A model generated the notes under the pieces. That model did not search any database. It worked only from the letters and a program-made list of their open reading frames with translations, and had not been told where the DNA came from. A DNA stretch of 64,000 nucleotides from a virus (lineage: Duplodnaviria; Caudoviricetes), in the IMG/VR virus record IMGVR_UViG_3300033066_001054; one strand, written 5' to 3'. A program made the position numbers and the translations under genes. Positions 1-7,477 of the stretch are shown here, piece after piece; position 1 is the stretch's first letter; the number at the start of each line of letters is the position of its first letter.

Positions 1-125
1 ATTCAGATGTATGATGAGATGGGTGGTTTTGATTCTTTCCGTTGTGTTTGGGATACTGTGGATTGTTTGACTCCTGCGGGTGACCCACGCACTTTGGAGC
101 ACAAATAGTCGGGTATGATATTCTT

Positions 126-425
126 ATGTCAGACATGGTTTTGATTCAAGAATTCGCCGGCGACACGACTTACATTGCTGAGGGTCCTGATTTGGAAACA
201 GCGCAGCGTTACATGGGTTATGCTATGCTTGGTCAGCCTGGTTGCATTTGCATGACGAATGCTGACAAGAGTCGAACCATGGTGGTTTATGGCGGTCCAG
301 ATTTCGAGAGTCGTGAGATGAGCGATGACTTAACCATTGCGATGGTTAATGCGCTTGGTTTGTCGATGGAAGATTTCCGCTCATGGATTTCGAGCGAGAA
401 AAACGAAGGAGGTACATCATGTTGA
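126..425 (+). CDS. hypothetical protein
   Basis: 99-aa ORF; TATGAT at 114-119 lies 6 nt before the ATG (leaderless-type -10). Confidence 0.7.
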   Translation: MSDMVLIQEFAGDTTYIAEGPDLETAQRYMGYAMLGQPGCICMTNADKSRTMVVYGGPDFESREMSDDLTIAMVNALGLSMEDFRSWISSEKNEGGTSC

Positions 426-556
426 CGACATTGTTTCTAATGGCGGTCGCTGGTGGTGCTGGTTATGTAGCCGGCCGCATCAAGAAGAGGTAACGCTTCT
501 TACTATATTGTTTACCCCATGGCGTGAGGCTGTGGGGTTTTTTGTAAAAGTGTAGT

Positions 557-796
557 ATGGCTAGTATTTCCTTCAACCTTCCCGACGATAAGATAGATGC
601 AATCGTTAATGCTTTCAGTTCCCAAGAGGGTTATCAGGCAATGATTTGGGAGAATGATGTTCAGATTCCCAATCCTGAGACCAGGCTTCAGTTCACGAAG
701 AAGATTTTGCGCCAGATTATGAAAGCTGCTTATGTCAATAAGCAGGCAGAGCTGGCAAAAGCTGCGGCCAAAGTGATTGCCGAGGCCGAGGTGTGA
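557..796 (+). CDS. hypothetical protein
   Basis: 79-aa ORF with plausible composition, co-oriented with neighbours. Confidence 0.65.
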   Translation: MASISFNLPDDKIDAIVNAFSSQEGYQAMIWENDVQIPNPETRLQFTKKILRQIMKAAYVNKQAELAKAAAKVIAEAEV

Positions 797-922
797 TGTG
801 TCTAAGTTCTGGTATGTTCTTGGTGTTGCACTAACTGCTGGTATTGTTGCGGCCAGCTTGCGGCCGAAGGTGGTTAAGAATCGAGCCCGTCGCGATTTCT
901 GCCATTACTACGGTCTTCCAAA

Positions 923-1570
923 ATGAATTTCAATCACGTTGATGCGTGCGGCAAGCCTTTAGCTAATATTCGAAGCGAGCTGGCTGGTAGTTTTTCGAAC
1001 GGTCCAGGGAACCGTTATGTTGTTTGGTTTCAGGGTTGTGGTCATGGTTGTTTGGGTTGTTACAATCCCAAATCTTGGGCCGCAGAGATTATCGAGCTCA
1101 TAGAACCAGCTTCGCTGGCTGCTCGAATTTTAGATTCTGGTTGCGACGGTGTGACTTTCACAGGTGGTGAGCCGATGAGCCAGCCTGCGGCCTTTTTCGA
1201 GACGTTGCTTGGTTTACAAACTCGAGAGGGTCATTTAGACCATCGTTTGGTTAATGGCATTTTGTTATTCACTGGTCACACGCTACACGAGGTAGCCGCA
1301 GATTATCATTGTGTAGAGGCGTTATCTTTGGTTGATGTTGCAATCATGGGTCGCTATGAGCGCGACAAGCGCAGCGTCGCTGGTTTACGCGGTTCTACAA
1401 ATCAAATCATATGGTGGAACCATTTACCAGGCCGCGGCCGTTCTATTATTTCAGAGGAAGCAATCACCACCGGTCAGGTTTTCGAAACACATTCGATGGG
1501 CGATGGTATCGTGGTAACTGGTTTTCCGGACCTAGAAGGCATGAAAATTCCAGGGATTCGGCGCAGTTAA
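923..1570 (+). CDS. radical SAM 4Fe-4S protein, NrdG/organic-radical activase-like
   Basis: NGPGNRYVVWFQGCGHGCLGCYNP (CxxxCxxC), GVTFTGGEP, and GLRGSTNQ C-terminal motif typical of NrdG-like activases. Confidence 0.85.
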   Translation: MNFNHVDACGKPLANIRSELAGSFSNGPGNRYVVWFQGCGHGCLGCYNPKSWAAEIIELIEPASLAARILDSGCDGVTFTGGEPMSQPAAFFETLLGLQTREGHLDHRLVNGILLFTGHTLHEVAADYHCVEALSLVDVAIMGRYERDKRSVAGLRGSTNQIIWWNHLPGRGRSIISEEAITTGQVFETHSMGDGIVVTGFPDLEGMKIPGIRRS

Positions 1571-1612
1571 TTCATCACATGCAATCACATTGGCATAGTT
1601 AAGTGCAGAGCG

Positions 1613-2512
1613 GTGGTAAAATATCCATCGTTCGAGGTCTTTATATCTGTGCCCAAATCCAAACAATACACTGTCAGCAGCAAACTCGAGTTGTTGCATG
1701 CGATTTTCAATTCTCGAGTATCGTCTCCATACTGTGATTTTTCTGATGTCGAGCTTTGCGGCCTTGTTCACAGGCCGGAGCATCGAGAAGCGGCCCGTTG
1801 CGAACTTCTCCGCCGGCACGCACCTTTGATAGCTTCGCACGTTGTTCGTTGTTTTAATCGCGGGGTTGGTGGTTGCGAGCTTGGTGATTATGAGAGTTTG
1901 GCTGTAACCATTGCGCTGCAATCTTATGACGACTATGACCCCAATCGCGCAGCTTCTCCAAGTTCATACATGTTTGGTTTAGTTTTACGGAGACTCTTAG
2001 ACGCCCAACGCCGGACACCGTTGGAATCAGACTGTCGCTGGCCGATTCGCAAGTTACAATTTCGAGCTTGGTTAAACGGGGACTATGACAAGTATCCAGA
2101 ATTTCGAGAGAAATTCGAGAAAGAGCACGGTGTTAATGAGGCCGACCGTGCAGAGATGCGAGTTTTGTATAGCCATTTGCTTTGTAGTCAAGGTGTATAT
2201 GTTTCGGCCAATTCACTAGACGAGGTTCACGATTCTGGTGCAGCCAGGCACGCTGGTCGTGCGACCAATTACACTGGTCATGAAATATTCAAAGATTCCA
2301 GGGCCGTGACGGACGATGTCATCATCAATCGCATTCTCATTGAGAAAGCATTTTCGAGCTTAAGTGACGATGTCGACCGCCAGGTCTTACATCTATTTGC
2401 AGTCGATGACAAGTCGATGGTGGAAATTTCGAAGGAACTAAAGCTACCATTGCCCGAAGTCCGCAAGCGTGTCAAACGCGCCCAAGTGCATTGTCAGACA
2501 GTTTTCAGTTAA
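1613..2512 (+). CDS. divergent sigma-70-family RNA polymerase sigma factor
   Basis: region 2-like ELLRRHAPLI...DYESLA...YDDYDPNRAASPSSY; region 4 HTH KSMVEISKELKLPLPEVRKRVKRA; start codon uncertain. Confidence 0.75.
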   Translation: MVKYPSFEVFISVPKSKQYTVSSKLELLHAIFNSRVSSPYCDFSDVELCGLVHRPEHREAARCELLRRHAPLIASHVVRCFNRGVGGCELGDYESLAVTIALQSYDDYDPNRAASPSSYMFGLVLRRLLDAQRRTPLESDCRWPIRKLQFRAWLNGDYDKYPEFREKFEKEHGVNEADRAEMRVLYSHLLCSQGVYVSANSLDEVHDSGAARHAGRATNYTGHEIFKDSRAVTDDVIINRILIEKAFSSLSDDVDRQVLHLFAVDDKSMVEISKELKLPLPEVRKRVKRAQVHCQTVFS

Positions 2513-2530
2513 TGTGGTAGAATGGAGAAC

Positions 2531-3013
2531 ATGGTCGGAAAGTTGAAGGATTTGACAGTGGTTGGAACCATCGAGGTCGATGGGAAGGTAAATCGCGTCA
2601 GTCTACCTTTGCCTTTATTGGTGCAGGACGGGATGTTGTACATGGGCACGCTAGCTGCGCGATATTTCGAAGAGGCGGAGAAATCGAAATCGAGTGCTGA
2701 ATCATTGCGCCGGCTTGGTGATAACATTCTTTCCGCGGCCGCTGGCAATCTAACCAAAAGTGGTTGTGGTTTGGCCGACTTACGTTTGGCATTGCATCCG
2801 TTGGTGGTTTACGGAAACGCTTTTGATTCCTGGCGTCGTGCTTTGCTCAAGGTATCGACTCGAGCATCTCGAGAGGACCGTTTAAGTTTCAGGATTTCGA
2901 GTAATGGTCTCGAGGTGTGTCCTGCGCTCTTTTGGTTGGGTGAGTACACGAGCGCGTGCGATTTCAGCGTCAGTCGCAAGCTGGTTGCACCCAAAGCACT
3001 ATTGGCTGTATAA
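2531..3013 (+). CDS. hypothetical protein
   Basis: ORF 2522..3013; extended -10 TGGTAGAAT (2515-2523) favours a leaderless ATG at 2531. Confidence 0.6.
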   Translation: MVGKLKDLTVVGTIEVDGKVNRVSLPLPLLVQDGMLYMGTLAARYFEEAEKSKSSAESLRRLGDNILSAAAGNLTKSGCGLADLRLALHPLVVYGNAFDSWRRALLKVSTRASREDRLSFRISSNGLEVCPALFWLGEYTSACDFSVSRKLVAPKALLAV

Positions 3014-3020
3014 GCCTGGT

Positions 3021-3410
3021 GTGAGAATTTTCAAGCGTGAAGCCCCGGCCTTCTGGGTCGACATCTACTTTTTCGGCAGTAAGGCTGCTGATGCTTTCAA
3101 TCCGGACCTGGTCCCTGGTGTATTGCGCTGGAGTCGTATTGGCGTCACTCAGGTTCAGGTTCTCACTACAAACCATCGTCAGCTTGAAGCCGCGGCCAAA
3201 GAGCACGAGAGATTGCAACTCGAGCTCGTCCGTCAGCAGCGCCTCGAGCAATTGGCCTCGATGGCGATAGCTGATGCCGAGGCCAAGTCCGGGCCCAAAA
3301 AATCGGCCGGAGGCCTGGAAGATGACGTTCCTCGAGCAGCCAGTGTAGCTCCGCCGGCAGCGGCGTCAACTCCAAAGAAGAAACCCTGTCGCGGTTGCGG
3401 AAAGAAGTGA
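3021..3410 (+). CDS. hypothetical protein with C-terminal CxxC
   Basis: GTG at 3021 follows TATAAG (3009-3014); coiled-coil stretch and terminal KPCRGCGKK. Confidence 0.6.
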   Translation: MRIFKREAPAFWVDIYFFGSKAADAFNPDLVPGVLRWSRIGVTQVQVLTTNHRQLEAAAKEHERLQLELVRQQRLEQLASMAIADAEAKSGPKKSAGGLEDDVPRAASVAPPAAASTPKKKPCRGCGKK

Positions 3411-3422
3411 TTTGATAGGGCC

Positions 3423-3453
3423 TTGACACAGAAAACTCATTTTCGTGTATAAT
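3423..3453 (+). promoter_or_regulatory. sigma70-type promoter
   Basis: TTGACA 3423-3428, TATAAT 3448-3453 (19-nt spacer), upstream of 3540. Confidence 0.6.
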
Positions 3454-3539
3454 AGAGGAAGCATCGAGTTCAAATGGCGTGGAAACATGGAAACACTGCT
3501 TGAAGAGTTTGATGCACACAGGAGAAAAAAGAACAAATC

Positions 3540-4004
3540 ATGAAGAAGTTCCTACTTAGCCTCGTGCTTGCGGTTGGCGTAATTGCCGGCGCGTTTGCTC
3601 AGAGCAATCAACTGCCGGTTGACGCCGGTACTCTTAAGCCTGGTCGTGGCCAGGTTGGTGCCCAGAGCACCACTTTCACTATGACCGAGAAGGGTTTCGA
3701 CTTTCTCTGGCTCAATGACGGCTACGAGTCGCTCGGTGCGATTTCGTACACTGTTGCGCCCATTAAGGGCACCAACGGTCGCCTTCGCCTTCAGGCACTC
3801 GGTGCCGGCAACCCTGGCAATCTTGAAGACAAGGCCTATCTGACCCTCGGTCTGGGCTATAACCTCTTTAACTCTGCCAATGGTTTCCGCGTCGACGTCT
3901 TCGGCGGACCCAAGGGATTCAACGTTGCTGATGGATTCAAGTTCCAGAGTGGCAAGGGTTCATGGGTATTTGGTGTTGGCTTCTCTATTCCTCTTGGCAA
4001 CTAA
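3540..4004 (+). CDS. secreted beta-strand-rich protein (outer-membrane-protein-like)
   Basis: signal peptide MKKFLLSLVLAVGVIAGAFAQ; alternating hydrophobic strands; ends WVFGVGFSIPLGN; SD AGGAG. Confidence 0.7.
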   Translation: MKKFLLSLVLAVGVIAGAFAQSNQLPVDAGTLKPGRGQVGAQSTTFTMTEKGFDFLWLNDGYESLGAISYTVAPIKGTNGRLRLQALGAGNPGNLEDKAYLTLGLGYNLFNSANGFRVDVFGGPKGFNVADGFKFQSGKGSWVFGVGFSIPLGN

Positions 4005-4024
4005 CGTTGCCGCTGAATAGTCTT

Positions 4025-4052
4025 AGGGCCGCCGTGATGGCGGCCCTTTTTT
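4025..4052 (+). terminator. intrinsic terminator
   Basis: AGGGCCGCC-GTGAT-GGCGGCCCT followed by T tract. Confidence 0.8.
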
Positions 4053-4082
4053 GATTTTCGAGCTCAATTTTTCGAGCCGGCC

Positions 4083-4111
4083 TTGAAAATCGTCACGAAC
4101 ATTGGTATAAT
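4083..4111 (+). promoter_or_regulatory. sigma70-type promoter of tRNA-like locus
   Basis: TTGAAA-17 nt-TATAAT with extended TG. Confidence 0.75.
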
Positions 4112-4187
4112 AACATCGAATATAACACGTATGGCGGGGAAAACGACCTGAAGGATGCTAAACTTGAATTTAGTATCTGAGTGCAAA

Positions 4188-4258
4188 AAGAGATTGATGT
4201 ATTGTTAACATGCCGAGCTTTGAACTCGGATAAGCTGGTTAGATTCCAGTATCTCATC
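4188..4258 (+). tRNA. degenerate tRNA-Gln(UUG)-like element
   Basis: D stem ATGT/ACAT, anticodon arm CCGAG-CTTTGAA-CTCGG, T arm GCTGG-TTAGATT-CCAGT, acceptor GAGAT/ATCTC; imperfect acceptor, non-canonical T loop, no CCA. Confidence 0.55.
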
Positions 4259-4325
4259 GGTTAAGCGAAGGGTTCGCGCACTTTCTTATAAAAAGTGAGT
4301 CCTGGTTCGACTCCAGGTAACTAGG
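4257..4325 (+). tRNA. degenerate tRNA-Ile(UAU)-like element
   Basis: D arm GCGAA-GGG-TTCGC, anticodon arm ACTTT-CTTATAA-AAAGT, T arm CCTGG-TTCGACT-CCAGG, weak acceptor GGTTA/TAACT; no CCA. Confidence 0.55.
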
Positions 4326-4388
4326 CACGGTGTGTCGGGCACCGCTATACATATATTCGATTTGGTAGAATTTACAAGTTACAACCAG

Positions 4389-4420
4389 GGCGCGGAAAAC
4401 GACTTCGGTCGGGCATCGCT
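4389..4420 (+). ncRNA. small structured RNA motif (UUCG-capped copy of the helix enclosing the tRNA-like pair)
   Basis: GGCGCGGAAAACGAC-TTCG-GTCGGGCATCGCT matches 4133-4147 and 4334-4346; preceded by TGGTAGAAT. Confidence 0.5.
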
Positions 4421-4448
4421 CACAAATTTAGAGATATTTGAAGACAAT

Positions 4449-4479
4449 AAAAGCCACTGTAGAACTACAGTGGCTTTTT
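4449..4479. terminator. bidirectional intrinsic terminator
   Basis: AAAAGCCACTGTAG-AA-CTACAGTGGCTTTT between convergent units. Confidence 0.8.
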
Positions 4480-4520
4480 GCTTTATTGGATTCTCCCTAT
4501 ATCAAACACAATCCGTTCCA

Positions 4521-4943
4521 TTATGCATTTACTGATTCTGGCGCAAGCAGATATTGCACAATACTATTCACATCTGCTCGTTGTATTTCGAGCATATTAA
4601 GCATCTTAGTGCATAGTAATCCAATTTGTTGTCGTGCCAGAGTTAGGTCGGGCGATAAGTTGAGGAATGCTCTTTTCATAGCAACACTGTGTAAGAAAAT
4701 CGTGCTCATAACTGGGTCTTGCGCGAATGCCTGCTTTGCTCGATTTACTATAACGAACGAGCGCGGAGTTTTCCCAGGCGCACCGCGTTGAGTTTGAGAC
4801 ATATTTGCTGTATTTGCTGTATTTGCTTTGTCGTCTCTGTTCCAAAAGTCTGAAAACTTTCTATACATTTTTGAGACATCTTGTGCTTTTTGAGCGTGTC
4901 GTTTTTGTTCCATATGTATGTATATACAGTTCCTGTCCATCAA
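4521..4943 (-). CDS. hypothetical protein
   Basis: 140-aa ORF ending next to the terminator; contains 9-bp tandem repeat (ANTANTAN); start uncertain. Confidence 0.5.
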   Translation of the reverse strand: MMDRNCIYIHMEQKRHAQKAQDVSKMYRKFSDFWNRDDKANTANTANMSQTQRGAPGKTPRSFVIVNRAKQAFAQDPVMSTIFLHSVAMKRAFLNLSPDLTLARQQIGLLCTKMLNMLEIQRADVNSIVQYLLAPESVNA

Positions 4944-5279
4944 TACCTTTGCTTTATAACAGTTTTATAAGAGTCTTGGTCTTCGATTCGCCTTGCGCAG
5001 AAAATCGAGCTACATCGAGTCACGGGGCAGCGGCGCTGGTAGGTGTTTTGCGGACCAGGGAGCACGACGCGAGGTACGGTTTCCACTTCATACAGGCTGC
5101 CCCGAAATTATTCATCTTGATTTTCGAGCCACTCTTCAAAGCACTCGATGCACATGCCTCGAAAGGTTCCAGTCACTTCTTTACCGCAGGTTTTGCATTT
5201 CATCGGTATGTATATTCCGGTGGCCCAGGTTCAAACGGACAGAATTTCGAGCTTTTTTCGAAAAAAGTGCCTTGGGGCC

Positions 5280-5308
5280 TTGACATCATCCGGCGTTTCT
5301 GGCATAAT
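5280..5308 (+). promoter_or_regulatory. sigma70-type promoter of large ncRNA
   Basis: TTGACA 5280-5285, 17 nt, TGG-CATAAT 5303-5308. Confidence 0.8.
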
Positions 5309-5314
5309 ATCAAT

Positions 5315-5973
5315 GTACTTCCGCGAATGGAACGAGAAAATCGAAACGAGAAATCGAGGCGCGATTAAACTCCTCCAGGTCGAGAGACAAACTACGAAAA
5401 CACTGGGTTTCCACAAGATTGCCAGCACGTATCGAAAGTGGTCGCGGAATTCGAAGAACAAGCGTAAGCTAGACTCGTGAACGCCACCGAGTACGGTCTT
5501 CGATGCAGGCAAAGTCTCAATCGCTTTGCCGAACGTGAAAATTTCATACCACCGACTGAGGAACGAGTCTGGAATAGCCCCCAGACGAACTGCGCAAGCA
5601 GCGAGTATCCAACAGAGCTCGTGAACGAAAGGAAGCTAGTAACGAGAAGCCTGGCAGGCGAAAAGAAATCGAGTCGTGAGATTCGTCGGTGGTATGGAAA
5701 GTAAACTGTATAGTGCAGGGGAGGGCCCCGACGAGTCCAAACTCCCGTGAGGCGAAGCCGGTCCGCTTAACCCCTGCACTGTGTAGTGAAATGGTTCTTA
5801 GGTAGGTCTTCGCGGGCTGACGACGAGTTTCTTAGTTCATCACAATTTCGCCTCGAACAGAGTTTGGTTTAACCGCCGGTTCTGCTTAGGGTAATGTGGT
5901 GGAGTCCCAATCACGGGGCGAAGCCAGGCGGAGAGAATAAAGGGTAGACCTTCGGGTCTGCCCTTTTTCTTTT
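5315..5973 (+). ncRNA. large (~650 nt) structured non-coding RNA, family not identified
   Basis: long-range helices 5542-5556/5685-5699, 5706-5721/5771-5786 (G-U wobbles), 5354-5361/5849-5856; several GNRA hairpins; bounded by promoter and terminator; no convincing ORF. Confidence 0.75.
5941..5973 (+). terminator. intrinsic terminator
   Basis: AGGGTAGACC-TTCG-GGTCTGCCCT plus T tract. Confidence 0.85.
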
Positions 5974-6077
5974 ATGCTATACTCTGTGTGCAATCATTTC
6001 GCGGCCCCGGAAACCAGCTTCGCTGGTTAAAATATCGAGCGGCCCCGGAAATCGAGTCGCAGGAGTTAAAACAAATC

Positions 6078-6557
6078 ATGGGATTGGACATGTATCTCTC
6101 AAAGCGCACCTATGTCAAGAACTGGGACCATATGAAACCAGAAGAGCGACATCAGGTCAGCGTCACTCGCAACGGCACGGCAGTTGCCCATATCAAGCCT
6201 GAGCGCGTCAAGTATGTCATCGAAGAGGTGGCGTATTGGCGCAAGGCGAATGCCATTCACGATTGGTTCGTTCAGAACTGTCAGGGTGGAGTGGACGAGT
6301 GCCAGGAAACTTATGTAGAGCGTGAGAAGCTCGAAGAGTTGCTTGGTGTCATCACCGAGATTCTCGATGCACCTGAAGGTGAAGAGCGCGACAAGAAGGC
6401 AGGTGAGTTGCTCCCGCCTTGCGCCGGCTTCTTCTTCGGAAGCACTGAAGTTGACGACTGGTACTACCAGGACCTCGAGTTCACCAAGACCCGTCTTGCG
6501 GAAATCTTGGCAGAACCCGATGAGTCAGAAGGATTCATCTACCAGTCATCCTGGTAG
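6078..6557 (+). CDS. conserved phage hypothetical protein
   Basis: MGLDMYL...AYWRKANAIHDWF...GFFFGS...YQSSW pattern of a common phage family; ATG 38 nt after motif. Confidence 0.85.
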   Translation: MGLDMYLSKRTYVKNWDHMKPEERHQVSVTRNGTAVAHIKPERVKYVIEEVAYWRKANAIHDWFVQNCQGGVDECQETYVEREKLEELLGVITEILDAPEGEERDKKAGELLPPCAGFFFGSTEVDDWYYQDLEFTKTRLAEILAEPDESEGFIYQSSW

Positions 6558-6614
6558 GAAAATCGAGTCCGGGGTTGCGGCCCCGGACTCAAGAAATCGA
6601 AGGAAACAAACATC

Positions 6615-7232
6615 ATGGGAACACGTAACCTAACAATCGTTCAATCTGGCGGCGAATACAAAGTCGGCCAGTATTGCCAATGGGATGGATACCCTAGTGG
6701 ACAGGGCATGACCATTCTCGAGACACTGCGCAAGATGGACCCGGTATTCGATATTCCGGCATTTAAGCAGAAGGTCGACAACCTTAAGCAGCTCACCGAA
6801 GATGAAGTGCAAGCGTACTGGAAGAAGTGCGGCGCAGATGACTCTGGGTGGGTTGGCATGGATGTCAGCGACAAGTTCAAGAAGAAGTACGAGCACCTGC
6901 ATCGCGATTTTGGTGGCAAAATCATTGAAGCGATTGCCTCTGGCAAGGTGAAGGAAGTCTATGCCGATGTGGCGTTCGCTGGCGATTCGCTGTTCTGCGA
7001 ATGGGCGTATGTCATCGACTTGGACAAGAACACGTTCGAAGTGTACGGTGGTTTCAATAAAGGCCCACTGAAGCGTGGTGAGCGTTTCAACTTCCTGAAG
7101 CAACGTAAGACTAAGAAAGACCCAGACCCGTACAGTCCGGTGCGCCTGCTTGCGTCATGGCCACTCGATGCATTGCCAACTGAAGAAGAGTTCTTGGCAC
7201 TCGAGAAGGACGAAGAGGAAGCAGCGGTTTAG
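6615..7232 (+). CDS. conserved phage hypothetical protein
   Basis: MGTR...QYCQWDGYPSGQG...EWAYVIDLD pattern; ATG 37 nt after motif. Confidence 0.85.
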   Translation: MGTRNLTIVQSGGEYKVGQYCQWDGYPSGQGMTILETLRKMDPVFDIPAFKQKVDNLKQLTEDEVQAYWKKCGADDSGWVGMDVSDKFKKKYEHLHRDFGGKIIEAIASGKVKEVYADVAFAGDSLFCEWAYVIDLDKNTFEVYGGFNKGPLKRGERFNFLKQRKTKKDPDPYSPVRLLASWPLDALPTEEEFLALEKDEEEAAV

Positions 7233-7273
7233 CGGCCCCGGAACCCCGCTCGAGACCCTCGATTGTGAACATC

Positions 7274-7435
7274 ATGAAGCCAATTGAACCAACAAAGCTG
7301 ATTGTATCAGCCCACAAGCCTGTGACTCCGAAAGAGTTCAGACCTGTTGGTTGCTACTGTGACGTAGTGAAGCGACGCTGTGGTGTTTGCAATCGCGATG
7401 CCGGCGTCAAAGCCGCACTGAAGAGGCCGGTTTAA
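7274..7435 (+). CDS. small Cys-rich hypothetical protein (53 aa)
   Basis: fills the gap between two motif copies; CATCATG start context. Confidence 0.6.
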   Translation: MKPIEPTKLIVSAHKPVTPKEFRPVGCYCDVVKRRCGVCNRDAGVKAALKRPV

Positions 7436-7477
7436 CCACCGGCCCCGGAACCTAAAAAGAAGGAACAAGAAACAAAC

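Noticed and set aside
4805-5704. ORFs 4805..5368, 5148..5480, 5231..5512 and 5477..5704
   Set aside because: Atypical composition, and they overlap a clear promoter and the base-paired ncRNA.
5988-6077. Upstream extensions of array ORFs that read through the motif (also 12224, 16032, 17002, 28082, 31974, 42295)
   Set aside because: The extensions translate junction hairpins (GPG/APE peptides); the ATG at motif +37/38 or after an SD is the better start.
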